The position numbers and the translations under genes were made by a program. A DNA stretch of 62,977 bases, filler included, from Rhabdomonas costata (Eukaryota), in NCBI GenBank assembly GCA_019059605.1. It is 29 parts of 29 records of this genome, joined end to end, with 100 filler letters (N's around TTAATTAATTAA, not from the genome) between each part and the next. Parts side by side here need not be neighbours in the genome. Positions count along the whole stretch, not along the records: positions 10,925 to 13,009 come from JAHMHO010005778.1; positions 13,110 to 15,190 come from JAHMHO010005779.1; positions 15,291 to 17,375 come from JAHMHO010005780.1; positions 17,476 to 19,560 come from JAHMHO010005781.1; positions 19,661 to 21,745 come from JAHMHO010005782.1; positions 21,846 to 23,928 come from JAHMHO010005783.1; positions 24,029 to 26,113 come from JAHMHO010005784.1; 22 more parts are not named here. One strand, 5' to 3'. The notes beneath the pieces are model-generated. The model was not told the DNA's origin and searched no databases. It was given only the letters and a program-made list of their open reading frames with translations. Positions 12,747 through 24,746 of this stretch are shown here, in pieces; the first letter of the stretch is position 1; every line of letters begins with the position of its first letter.

Positions 12747-13402
12747 CTGAAAACCCCACCCCCCGACACACTATCGAGGTTGTAGGTGGGAAGAATTCAA
12801 GAACACACATGCACATCCATCTTACATGATAAGTAGATAAATCAGCAATCAAATCCATACGCACTGTCAACCATGGCGAGACAGCCGTCAGAAGGTCAGA
12901 AGGCAAACAGATCTCAGCCATGGTTGACAGTGCGTATGGATTTGATTGCTGATTTATCTACTTATCATGTAAGATGGATGTGCATGTGTGTTCTTGAATT
13001 CTTCCCACCNNNNNNNNNNNNNNNNNNNNNNNNNNNNNNNNNNNNNNNNNNNNTTAATTAATTAANNNNNNNNNNNNNNNNNNNNNNNNNNNNNNNNNNN
13101 NNNNNNNNNCCCGAGATATTGAAGACTTGCACTGCAGACAAATTATCAGTCCTTCCTGCTTGGCGAGCGTCATCCAAAGAAGCATCCCTGCAACCGGATA
13201 ACTGGATGGTAGGGCCTCATTTGGTTGCGGTTTGAGGGGGGCAGGTGAGGACGGGAAAACGTCACCCCTCTCCACCTTGGTTGAGACCATGCGGTGGGTG
13301 GGTGGATTAAGTCACAATCACCCAGATGAAAACACCAACTCATGCCAGCACGACCTGGGAAGACGACACACTTGCCAAAGTAGGGGCAAAAAACGCATGC
13401 AC

Positions 13403-15185
13403 CTGCCGGGAGTCTAAGATGTAGGGCTCGATGCACTGCGTGCAGCTCATTCCCCTCACGCTAAACGTACGAGGGCTGTCGTACAGCGAACCGTCGAACA
13501 GCGCCACCACAAAGCTGTCCGCGAAGTCCGGCCCACAGCTAAGGTACGCCGAGGCCACGGCGAGGTTGGGCCGGTACCACAGCCCCGCCCCAACACCCCA
13601 CGAGGAGTTCTGCCCCAGTGCTACGCTGCCTGGGGCCGAAGAGAGGCTCAGCGTGCCCCCGCTGGGCAGCCCCACAAGCACCCAGCTCAGGTTCGTGGGC
13701 GTGGCAGGCATGTCCACGTCAGTCCCGTTGAGAAGGAGGGCAGTGGGCACGGTTTGGTTGATGCTGGTTGTGGTGAAAGGCACCCACTGCGGGGCATGGT
13801 TGACGTGGGTGATGCTGAAGTTGTAGAAGAAGTCCTCGGAGGTTCTGCCGAGTGAAACCGGACACCTCCATAACAATGACCAAAAAGGAGAATCAGCGCA
13901 ATGCCTCCCCTTCATACGGATTGCGCAGCAAGGATGAAAGCGCTATCCTATTCCCCAGCGGCCAGAGTCAGCACTACCACTCTTTTTTTTCCCGGAAAGG
14001 CTGAATCCGCTTCTGAGTAATTCTCTTCACGCCACGTCCCTATCTCCCAGGAGAAAAAGTCAGCCCAAACCGTCTCGGCGACCACGCAGCGTTGACTGAT
14101 GACATCAAGACACTTGTGACGACCAACAATGCTAAATGCTGAAAGTCTCCGTTTGGAAGACAACGATTCTAACGACTCACCAACTCACATATCCCTCTAG
14201 CGGCACGCCGTCCTCGAATCGTCAGCTTTGAACCTCTCAAGAAGGCTGGCGTTTCGGCGGTTAGATTCCATTCACGATACCTGGTGACGTCCCCAGGGCA
14301 GTTCGACAGGGTGAACCGGAAGAAGTCCAGGCCCCAGCTCAGCCCATACGGGCGGTACTCCAACTGGTACGGCGGTGCCACCTGCCCCGTGGGGGCGTCA
14401 TAGGTCCCGATCAGCATCACCGCGCCGATCTCGATGTAGGTCTTGTACACGCTGTTGTCGAACTGCAAAGGCAGGGCGTCATACGATGAACCAGAACCAA
14501 AGAGCCAGCTCCACGCTTTTTGGCGGATGTGCCGCGAAATGAAAAATAAAAATACAAGCCAGAAACAGCTTTCTGACTGAGGAGCACCTCCATCCCGCGA
14601 ACTTTCGTCGCCCATATTTCCGGAAGGCAGGCGTGAGCACTCCTGACAATTGGAGACGCAGGAGCCTAACGGCAAGTTTTGAAGTGAGGAAGGCAGTCCA
14701 TTCCATATGAGGCCAGAAGCCACGTCATTCTAACCGCCGAAATCCAAACTATTTAAAATCAGTATCGTCCAGAAGAACTACATACCCACTCCAATTTCCG
14801 CTGCGAAAAGCAGAAAAATTCAGAAAGTGAACGGCGTGAAGTCAGGTTGGCAATTTGGAAACAAAAAAACGTCCGCCTTTTGTTGCACGAATTCTCCTCC
14901 CGTTCCTTCATTGATGAAGCCATGAACGAAGAGCTCGGCCCGCAACCGTGACTGTGAGGTCAGGGACGCTAAAGCCTCTCTGTGACGCCCTTTCTCACCC
15001 GCAGGTGAGATGATCAGACGTCCAAAATCTTGACCTCGTCTTTGGATTGGAGAACACAGAATGAGCATCTGGCAGTGGGAGAGCCACCTCCAGGCGAAGA
15101 GTGTCCACCGAGAAGGCGCTGCCACAGATCTGAATCACTCGCTCAATGGGAGCGTTGTGGTCGGCGGCGATCACGCTGCCCACCC
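13403..15185 (-). CDS. Extracellular protein with a cadherin-like/Ig-like repeat, partial; exons ~15185-15058, 14462-14281, 13844-13403
   Basis: YRPYGLSWGLDFFRFTLS..FSITHVNHAP..LLLNGTDVD..LSWVLVGLPSGGTL..LWYRPN..DSFVVALFDG matches the VNxAP / xDVD / PxxGTL / YxP / DSF pattern. In-phase GT-AG introns. Confidence 0.7.
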
Positions 15186-15487
15186 AACACNNNNNNNNNN
15201 NNNNNNNNNNNNNNNNNNNNNNNNNNNNNNNNNNTTAATTAATTAANNNNNNNNNNNNNNNNNNNNNNNNNNNNNNNNNNNNNNNNNNNNGGGATTTTGG
15301 GAAAGGCCTTGGTTCAGTATGTCTGGAATGTGTCGCACCGCACCTGCCCCCCCCCTTCCCCTCTCTTTCCACCCATTGCCCAGTCACTGTACCGTTACTT
15401 TCCCGTGAGCTAGTCCACCGCTGCATAGAGGTCCTGCCCTCTGTCCTGTAAGACACCACAATGGCCAATCGCTTCCTTTTACACAGC

Positions 15488-17355
15488 CCATCGATGTGGT
15501 GTCCCTGCCGCCTGACAGCTGGCCTGGGTCCGGGCTGGCGATTGGGTCCCGCTCCGATTGCAAGGCAGCGTACCTCGCGCTGAAGCTTGTGGGGGCGGCA
15601 AAAAAGGTTCATTCCCTTTCACTTCTAGTCCTGTCATCTGTCTCCCACCCTCAGCAGTTTCCTTGGCACAATGGACGGTGGGGGGGGGGGGAGGAACAGA
15701 AAACGATCAAAAAATGTTCTAATTCTAACTTCCAAACGATTACATAACTGATGCATGCGCCCTCGAAGTGACTTTTGCTGAAAGAGGGTTAGGTAACCTG
15801 TGCCAGTTGCTCCCTAGATGAGTATTCTTGGCTTGCACGTCAACTCTGGGGCTGACTAAGGACTAGCTGGTCATGTGGCTGGGATATGGGCGGACGAGTT
15901 TAGGGGCGAAGAGTGTCGGCCGGAGCGGGCGGCCGGGGGTGGAGGGATTGCGTTTGATAGCAAAATTGTCACCAGTGGTGACCGTTACCACTGGTAACGT
16001 TTACCATTGGGGAGGGTTGCTACTGGTAACGGCTACCACTTCCTCCTGCCCTCCCCCCAATGTCAATTGCACCGTCTGCCTTGATGGAGTGACAGTCCAT
16101 TCTTTCCCGTTGATTCACTGCGAAAGCAAAGTCAAACCTCCCATAACCTCCCAAAAAGCAGTTTTTCTTTGATCAACCTAAGTGTACTTTCTATCGTCAC
16201 TAACTCCCATCAATTGGTGGAGTTTGGCTTTGCTCTTGGGACGAGTGCGTGGACCACAAAACTGGAAAGGTTTCTGCGGTGCCTGCGGTGCCTGACTCGT
16301 TCACAGACCGGCACCGGAAAAAGCCAATATTTCCGTGTTTCCGTATTTCCTGATTCCTATTTCCCCTAATTTCCAAGTGTTGATGGAGCTTCATTTAGAG
16401 CTCCTTTTAGGACTTGATGTAGGGCTTCATTTCTCGAAGGAACATTTTGTACTTTCCCCTTCCCCCTTGGCTGCCGACAAGCGTAGCTAGGATCCAGATG
16501 TTCCCATTGGAAAATACCTTTTTATCCATCTTGTAGTGAAACGCCTTGGGAGCAAGAGTATGAGTAGAGAAGTTAGGGAAGTTCACAATGCACCCGTTGC
16601 AAATTGTCTCGTTCGACCCTTCGTCACGCCAACTTCCAGGGCGAGCAGACGGAGTGGATGTATGAGATTGGCCAGGATGGACACCTCGTGGAGCAGGCGT
16701 TAGAGCCCTGCCTGCGGGCCCTCAGTTACTACAACAGAGGTTGTCCTCCCTAACTTTATCCCTTGCCTCAAAGCCTGCACACCTCAACCTTTTGGTTTTG
16801 GGACCATGCGAGCGGGTTTTTTGGGGGAAGGGGTTCAATCTCGCCGCTGTTCGTTGAACTCCCCTCGGCTCGCCAGATACAGTCACTTTCTTGGGATACG
16901 GTTGTTGTTTTTCTTTTCTTCTCAAGCTCAAGACAGAAACAGAAACAAGTTAGCCAAAATGGGCTACTCCTACTGTGTTTCCGAGCTCCGAAGTGGTGTG
17001 GCGTGAAGCTCTGGGTATACACAAAGACTTATTGAGGACAGCCGAGTGATTGGTTGCACCGCTGAGTTTACGCGCTTCTGAAGCCCCTTTGGCTCCCGTT
17101 TCAGCACTAGCCCTTCTTTCCTATTGATACATTCAGGCAACAAGTCGGATCGCATTCGTGAAATGTTTCCTGTTTGTGTTTCTGGATTTTGCATGGGTTA
17201 GGGAACCTGCTCCTTAGAGAAAGGTTTTTTGTCTCCTCTTGCGCCCCTTCTGGCCCGCAACGCTCCGCAAAGCCAATGCTGCGCTCCCGCCCTTCAGGCC
17301 GCTTTGACGACTGCGTCGAGCTGTGCCACCGGCTGCTCCGCCAGGACCCCACAAC
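15488..17355 (+). CDS. Two probable exons (15488-15606, 17298-~17355) of a helical/TPR-like protein
   Basis: AG-bounded GC-rich segments encode SRSDCKAAYLALKLVGAAKK and GRFDDCVELCHRLLRQDP (TPR-like helix). Too short to name. Confidence 0.35.
15850..16075 (+). repeat. Dispersed repeat family A; other copies on the minus strand at ~2284-2340 and ~21220-21410
   Basis: Shared blocks GCTG(A/G)CTAAGGACT..TGG(C/T)TG(A/G)GATATGG..GGACGAGT and CCATT..GGTT(A/G)CTA(C/T)TGGT(A/G)AC..CCAA(C/T)GTCAA(C/T)TGCACC occur in unrelated contigs. Confidence 0.65.
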
Positions 17356-17565
17356 CCAAACACACACCCAACAAANNNNNNNNNNNNNNNNNNNNNNNNN
17401 NNNNNNNNNNNNNNNNNNNTTAATTAATTAANNNNNNNNNNNNNNNNNNNNNNNNNNNNNNNNNNNNNNNNNNNNTTGTCCGAAAAGAGATCGCTTCCCA
17501 ACGACGGCCGTGGGGCTTAAAATTGGCTTATTTCTATATGTGCACCTGTGGTGTATTGCTCGCAG

Positions 17566-19199
17566 CACCCGGACTTGTACAAGTCCGTGGTGGGTGCCGG
17601 TTACGCCAACCAGTGGCACCGCTACGTGCAGCGTCACGGCGAGCTCTTCCAGCTGTTTTACGTGGATGACAAGAAGAGAGCCGTGTGGAGAATTCGCCTG
17701 GTCAAGCATGAGAACTGGTCTGTGCACGTGTGAAAAAACAAGCGGAGAGATGTTTCGTTGAAAAAAAACAGCGAGTTACTGGGAAAAGAATGGAGAGAAT
17801 GGCAGGTTGGGGTTGTTTGTGTCCGAAGTGCATGAATGCCGAGCATTGAAAGGGTCCGTGTTTCTGCAGAGGGGTGCGTATCTCCGAAAACCCGGGACCC
17901 CGAAAACCACCTTCGTGGATTTCGACATAAAAGCACAACGGAATTTGCTGTTTTTCGGTGGTTCGTCGACAGCCATTCTCAGTCATTCACAGCAGTGCTC
18001 TTGAGTAAGGCGTTGGAAGAGAGAGGGAGAGAGAGATGTTGCTCACTTTCACAAACAAACCAGCACACGGACGCGGACGCGGAAGCTGCCTTTTTCTGTT
18101 TTGTCTTTCACTTTTTTTAGGGAGGACGCCGACCGCCGCGAAAAGCAGGAGCGCCAGCGCCACGACGCCCACCTGCTGCAGGTTCTGAAGACCTACCTGC
18201 TGGCCAAGCCCGAAAAATCGTGCTCCGTGGACGAATTCTGCAGTGTCACCAACGCCAACCGGGGACTCCTGTTGGTCCCCGGGGAGGTCTGGGGCACCCC
18301 GCCGCCAGCCTTTTCACCGGATACACGCTGACACGGACACATCGTGAGTATGGTTGCAGGCCAGGATTCGCTATCTTTGAGTTGCTACCAGCTGGGAACA
18401 CGCCCAGCTGCTCGGAATCGCTTCCTGCGTCATGCCTTCTGTGTCGCAGAGAGGGGGTATGCGTGTGACCCCTCCCAGCCGTCATCCAAAAATTTCGCCA
18501 CAGAAAGAGACTCCGGTCAATTAAGCGCACCAAATCAATACATGTCCCTAACATGGCACCTGCTGGCACCCATGTTCTTCAGGGGAAGTCCTGGTTGGGG
18601 TGGGGCCAGAGTCGCCTTCAGCCTAACGACAAATCAAGACTAGTGTGGTAGACCGTGGTATGGATTCGAGCCGAGTTCGGTGCCAAGCAGTGTCCGTTGC
18701 AGTGTTGGCATAGGTAAAATTTGCACCCCCCCCCCTGTTCACAAAGTATTTCTGTGTTTTTGAACGGAGAATGGAAGAAACAAGGACTAGGACCTGCATC
18801 GAAACAAGGTGTGATCCCCCTTCATCAAGAAGTACGTGAAGCCGGGACCATTATGACTGATGGTATGAAAGCCTACAGGCTTCCGTAACCCCCCATCCTG
18901 GGCCGCGGAGATGTGTGGGTCTTTGACATGAGGAGCTTGAGGGTGATGTGTGTGCGCGCATGCATTGCCCACGGTGTGGATGTGTCCATGTGTTTGGAGT
19001 ATGGCTGGTCAAAGGAGAGCTGCACCTGCTCCTGTAGAGTTGTGTTCACTTTTGTTTTGGTATGGAGGGTTTTTGACTGCAGACGGGAACGCCTCCCCCG
19101 ATGCCTCGGGGTGACTTCGTGCGCTTCGTGCGCCGGCACGCGGACGAGTTCGTGTACCAGAAGGAGCCTCACTACCTGATCACACTGGCAGCTTACGCG
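17566..19199 (+). CDS. Uncharacterised protein with two winged-helix-like repeats, partial; exons 17566-17717, 18121-18286, 19083-19199
   Basis: In-phase splice gives HPDLYKSVVGAGYANQWHRYVQRHGELFQLF..WRIRL..LLQVLKTYLLAKPEKSCSVDEF..GDFVRFVRRHADEFVY, with a repeated (F/Y)VxRHxxxF motif. The fold is inferred. Confidence 0.7.
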
Positions 19200-19744
19200 G
19201 TGTGGAATGCTCTTTTCCTTCCCCGCCCTTCTCCCTCTCTCCTCCTCACTCGTTCCCATTGCTTTGCGCTCTTGTTTGCTTTTTCTTCAATCATTGTTTT
19301 ACATTTCTCATTCCACATAAATATCTGGTACACGTTCAGCAGTGAACCTTTTTTCTTTATGGCTCCTATATTGCTCATGTTGACACTGTATGATGTCCTG
19401 GACCCCTTTCTTTCGTTGATGGAGCACATTCGCGATAGACTTTTTCCAGTGAATCTTTTTATATCTGATCTCGCAGGGGGTTCGGAAGCGATGCATGTGT
19501 CCCCTAGAAAAAGGTTCAAGAACGTATGGTAAATAATTTAACTGAACTGCACAAAAACACNNNNNNNNNNNNNNNNNNNNNNNNNNNNNNNNNNNNNNNN
19601 NNNNTTAATTAATTAANNNNNNNNNNNNNNNNNNNNNNNNNNNNNNNNNNNNNNNNNNNNTGTTTGTTGTTCGGGATGACAGCGTTATGCGGCGAAGACC
19701 GAAACCAAACCAACTGAGGGACCTTCAACACCGCTCTCTCACAC

Positions 19745-20603
19745 GCGGCGGCGTACGTTCTCAAGCTGCACCACCGTGGGGAATTCGAACGTCGGGTACC
19801 ACACCACGTGCGGCATCGCCATGTCAAACACAAACGTCCCACTGAAGGTGCTGAGGTCGTACCCCACCGTAGCGAAGATCTTCTCGAAGTTGACCAGGTC
19901 GGGGTCCGTCCACACCGCAGCGATGTCCATGGCAACCGCGATCTGCTGGGAAACCTCGTTCAACCCGCCGATGCCTCTCATGATGACCTCCAAACCAATC
20001 GAGGTGGTGCCATCAATCAAGCCCTTTGCTGAAAGACGGGGTGTTACCCAACGAAATCAATACATCTTGACCTCCAACCTGTGGGTGCCCCACCAATTAC
20101 TGTCAATTTATATGGAACATCCAGTATGGTACGTGATGCATACTGGGTGCGCTACGTTCGAAAGTAGACGCACAAAAAGAATGGGACCACAGATGTGCGA
20201 TGGAGGGGGGGGGTCGGATGATATACGCGAGCTCGTAACCGGCAACCCTGCAAGGCGTTGCGAAAATCTCTGCCACGGGAAAGGTGGTTCCCGAAGCGGT
20301 GAATCTGGAAAGGGACAAGGATACAGGATACGGGATGCAGCAATCAACCCCAGTTCGGACACCACAAGGATGGCTTCGCGGCATACCAGGGCGGAAAGGA
20401 TCGTAGTTGATCATCGACAGGTACTCCAAAAACTTGCTCATGGCCACACCCACGTTGGCCTGCGAAGTGGACTCCTGCACCGAGACTGCAGGGCCCCTGG
20501 CGCGCAACGACACCAGGTCATGGAACCCGCGCTCCCCACTCGCCGGACACAGTGCCAGCAAAAGGATAAGAAGAGGGGCACCACCCCAGGCAAACAGCGC
20601 CAT
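19745..20603 (-). CDS. Pentameric ligand-gated ion channel, signal peptide and N-terminal ligand-binding domain; exons 20603-20387, 20028-19745
   Basis: Signal peptide MALFAWGGAPLLILLLALCPASG, then NYDPFRP, IGLEVIMRGIGGLNEVSQQ, AVWTDPDL and VWYPTFEF, the ordered pLGIC ectodomain motifs (YxxxxRP, WxDxxL, WxPxxxF). Confidence 0.78.
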
Positions 20604-22007
20604 GGGATCGTTGCCCAGAAAAAATTCGGTGAAAGCACAGAGCGACTGTGTGTTGTAATCTCCCTAAAAACAAATCCAAGGAAAACCTTACCGTGCGGGT
20701 GCCAAACCCACCACGAAGTAATACGGAAGCGGGTGAAAGGTTTCGGCATAGAAACCAACTGCGCTCTTTCGCGCACAACTTTCTCGCTTCTCTTCCCTCT
20801 CGTGTTACCTTGTCCGTGATTCCGTTGAACTGCATTGTATTCCTTCTTGTTCCCGTCATTCCAATGCCACAGCTCGAAAACAATCTGATTGATAGCTCCG
20901 TTTAAGGAGCGAATGCACGAAGTACGCCCAAGTCAAGGCGAAGCACCCCCACCACCACCACCACCACCAACAGAAACGCTCACACCAACGTTTCAGGGCC
21001 AATTAAATTATAATTTTAGCAGTCGGACAAAACTCTGTTCAGTATCCATTATCCACAGCCATCATTCAGGTTGCACAGGAAAGCACAACTGTCATCTAAC
21101 CCACTGCCACCACCGAATGTACAACTATCTCCACGCTCTTGAACGTGTAAGCAATTGCAAATTGTACTGCTGGGAAAACCGGAAACCTGAAAAATTGAAA
21201 CTTAAAACTTGAAATCGAATACTGGTGCAGTTGACGTTGGCAGGGAGGTCACGGTCACCAATAGTAACCATTCTTCTAATGGGACCATACAGTTGAAAAG
21301 TCGGTAAAGGCCCCCACGCTCACGCTCCACATTCTAGTCTAGCTTCGGGGGTGCGCCCACTCTGCCCTTACAATGGTTTCCCACCCGTCAGCCCATCCAT
21401 ATCTCAGCAAGAGGCTTCTACTGAACCAGCACTAGATTGACCTGCTGACCAAAAATACCATATTATAAAACACCGTCACAGGTCCCTCACAGAAAAAAAA
21501 GCAATCATGAATTCGCTGGAACCACGTACCTCAAATGTTTCCCGTTGAACAACCTGAACAACCGCATTTTTCGGTCAAATTGCAGTACCCCAAATCATCG
21601 ATAATCCCAAGGCAGGGAGTCAGCAGTGACAAGCAAGGGTCCCAAAAACACTTTTAAGCAATAAAATACGAGGAGCCCATTCTTCTGATCGGATTTACTA
21701 CTCTCCCATGACGTCCAGTCCAGACGTGTCTTGAGACAAAAACAANNNNNNNNNNNNNNNNNNNNNNNNNNNNNNNNNNNNNNNNNNNNTTAATTAATTA
21801 ANNNNNNNNNNNNNNNNNNNNNNNNNNNNNNNNNNNNNNNNNNNNGGGTTTTGGTTCATTGGGCATCTGCTTCTTTCGTGACGTCATTCCTTGTTCCTTC
21901 TCTCTGACTGCTTTATTCTCTAGTCCTGAGTTTCGCAGAAGAAGGAAGGTGGAGTCAAGCTCTCGCATACCACCTTCGGATTGGTTTTGGTATGGTGTGC
22001 GTGGCAG

Positions 22008-23023
22008 GCGGTGTGGGTGAGCTCGAAGTTCGCGCGCATCCCGTGGAAAGTCACGGACAACTTCCGCGCCGCGGTCCACGCCACGGTGGGGCTGATGCGG
22101 GACCCCGAGCTCCCGGTCCGGGTGCAGGCCGGCTCCTGCCTGCGAGACTTTGTGCGGGTCAAGGGCTGCGCCGAGGTGGTCGGGCCCCTCTTAGAGCCAA
22201 TGATCGGTCAGCTGTTCGCCCTGATGGCGGAGATCGATAGTGATTCTGTGGTGCGTGAATGTGTGTTTGTTAGTTTTTTGTGGTTTTTTGTAATTTTTTT
22301 TGTGGAGTTTTATGAGAAGAGGAAGTCCAGTTTCCAAACTTGCTTGGACCGTAGCGTTGCAGCCTTGGCCGTAAGCATTGGGCAAAGTCAAAATGGATAT
22401 CCCGAGGGACATCTGAAAACAAAACATATGCACACGCGAAAATTCAAACGCGAAAATAAAAACGCACGAAAATCAAAACCGTGACCCGCAATTCCAACGC
22501 CAAGACCTAAACATCAAGCCCAAGACTCAATCACTACCCCTTCACTCAAAACGGAGGCCGCCGAGGACGACACACCCAATCAACACCCCATAAAAGGGCA
22601 GACGTGCTATCCAATGCAACGTAATGAGGAAGAAGAGAATGCGTGTGAAAAAGGTGATGAGAACCTTCAATTTTTTAATTACTGTTGTTGTGAATAGGTG
22701 GAGACCCTGGAGCTGATCATCGAGAAGTTTGGCGAGAACCTGGCGGTGCGTGCTTTTGTGTGCGCTTTAGTCCTGGAAGGCGCGAGGAAAGGTAGTGATC
22801 TATCATTGCTTGCATGCAGGTGTACGTACATGGAGAGGCATAGCTCGAGAAAGCAGACTCAGAGAAGCAGCATTTTCGGAAAATGGTCTTCTTGAGCCTA
22901 CTATGCGATAGAAACGAGGAGAACGTAAGTGCCCTTCTCCCCTCTTCTTCTGCCCTTCTCCCCTCTCTCTCCTTCAGGCTGCCGCGCTGCAGCTGTGCCA
23001 CAAGCTGAGCTCCCACTTCCTCA
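22008..23023 (+). CDS. Importin-7/8 (SAD2/Nmd5-like) HEAT repeats, partial; exons 22008-22250, 22698-22745, 22978-~23023
   Basis: AVWVSSKFA..LMRDPELPVRVQAGSCLRDFV..LFALMAEIDSDSV|VETLELIIEKFGENLA|AAALQLCHKLSSHF is colinear with importin-7/8. Confidence 0.85.
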
Positions 23024-24746
23024 GCAAGTCACCCAACTCTCCTGTGGCGGCGCCAGGCGCGGAAGCCCCGGGTGTGTGTTTGTGCGTTTGCCCTCCCTTG
23101 TGCGTTATGCATGGGAAATGAGATGCCTTTTATCGTTATCTCTTCTGTTTCTTCTCTCCTCTTTTTCCTCTTCGTCTGTATGGTGATCAAAGCTGCCGAG
23201 CCGTACCGTAATATTCTGTGCTGTTCTGTTCTGTCCAAGCCGACAATTCCGCCTTTTGCACAAGGTTACCTCTGTGCGTTTTATGATAAAGCCCACTGAA
23301 GGTCTGGTGTCTCAATGCAATCTAGAATAAGTTTTCGAACAGCTACTGCAATGGCTAGAATTGAACAGCAACAAGGCATGCCCGCACAAACGGAGTGCCG
23401 GTAGTAGCATCGGGACGGCGCACCCCGCATGCCTTAGTCACGAATAAGAATGTCCGCATAAACAGCAGATCACACAAGCAATCACCGAACAGCATGGTGT
23501 CCGGTGATCAACGCGACCAAACAAAACCAACGACGCGTTAGGAAAGGGAACCGAGGCGCGGTCCCTGCAAAACGGGATTAGCTTAAACAAAGCCGCCGAG
23601 CAATAGAACAGCTAGTGCAGCAGGAAGCTGCGCTGTCGTTGCTTAAGCGGCATTCTTGTCTTAACAAATTCTCTGGCGCCGTTTTTAGACATGCGTGAAG
23701 ACGCAGGTTTTCCGTTCCACAGACTCCAAGTACAGTACAGGCATTAGTATCAAAGTGTCAACAGACACTTTCAGGGCTCCGCCAGATGGCAAGGCCGCTC
23801 AAACAGTCGCACACATCCTCGTGACCACAGCCACCACCCAGCATTCCATGACCAAAGAGATCCACCGTGAAGAAAAACTGAGGGGAGCAGGAACTTTCTC
23901 CATCAATCCCTAATCATCAACTACAACANNNNNNNNNNNNNNNNNNNNNNNNNNNNNNNNNNNNNNNNNNNNTTAATTAATTAANNNNNNNNNNNNNNNN
24001 NNNNNNNNNNNNNNNNNNNNNNNNNNNNTGTTGGTTTGGTACGGTATGTTTGAACCACTTGGACTGTGGTTTTGAAGCCTCCTTTCTTAATTTTCCCTTC
24101 ACATTGGCTATTCGCAGAGGTGCGTCCATATCTAGGCTTCTTTCGACCCGAAATCCTGGGTGGAACAAATGCGCTTCTCTGGCTGCGTTTTTTTTTCCTG
24201 CTTTTCGCAATGAACAAAAACCATTCGTAACCTGTGTGCTCCTAGGAACTTATGTTCCTATGTCGTGTGCTAAATTCCCTGTGCTATTTGGTGTGGCGGA
24301 GGGGGGGGATGATGTTGAGCACCTCGGGCCTTCGCAGGCTTTGCCCCGGGGACCACGAATTACCACCCTGCCTGTGACCCCGCGACTGCGCGGGCGTTCC
24401 GAGTGTGCGACTGCTTCCCAAGTATTCTCTGTCGGGCTGTTGCCATCGTTTCCTACCAACCGCTTTCAGGCCGCCCCTTTTCCTTGCCCTGCAGTCCTTG
24501 CTTTGCTATAGCTGTTTTTAGCACCAGAAAGAATTCCAGAGAAAGTCCGTTGGGCTTTTGTTTCTGCAGATTTTTTTGTAGGTGTGTTGGCGTGAGAAAA
24601 CTATTCTGCAAGTCCGAAGTGGTTTGGGCAGGTAGAATTTTTGTAAACCCCGAACGGTTTCTCTCCGTGTGTATGTGTATGTGTGTGGTTCGGATCTACT
24701 TTTAGTTTAACCTTGGGCTTGGGAGTTTCGGATGGAACTAATGCAG

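Noticed and set aside
12785..13009. Long perfect hairpin as pre-miRNA, MITE or terminator
   Set aside because: It ends exactly at the contig edge like six other fold-backs and is best explained as a chimera.
19776..20819. 347-aa plus-strand ORF (similarly 4863-5744 minus and 36187-36912 plus)
   Set aside because: These are antisense shadows of real GC-rich exons plus intron sequence, with no protein-like signal.
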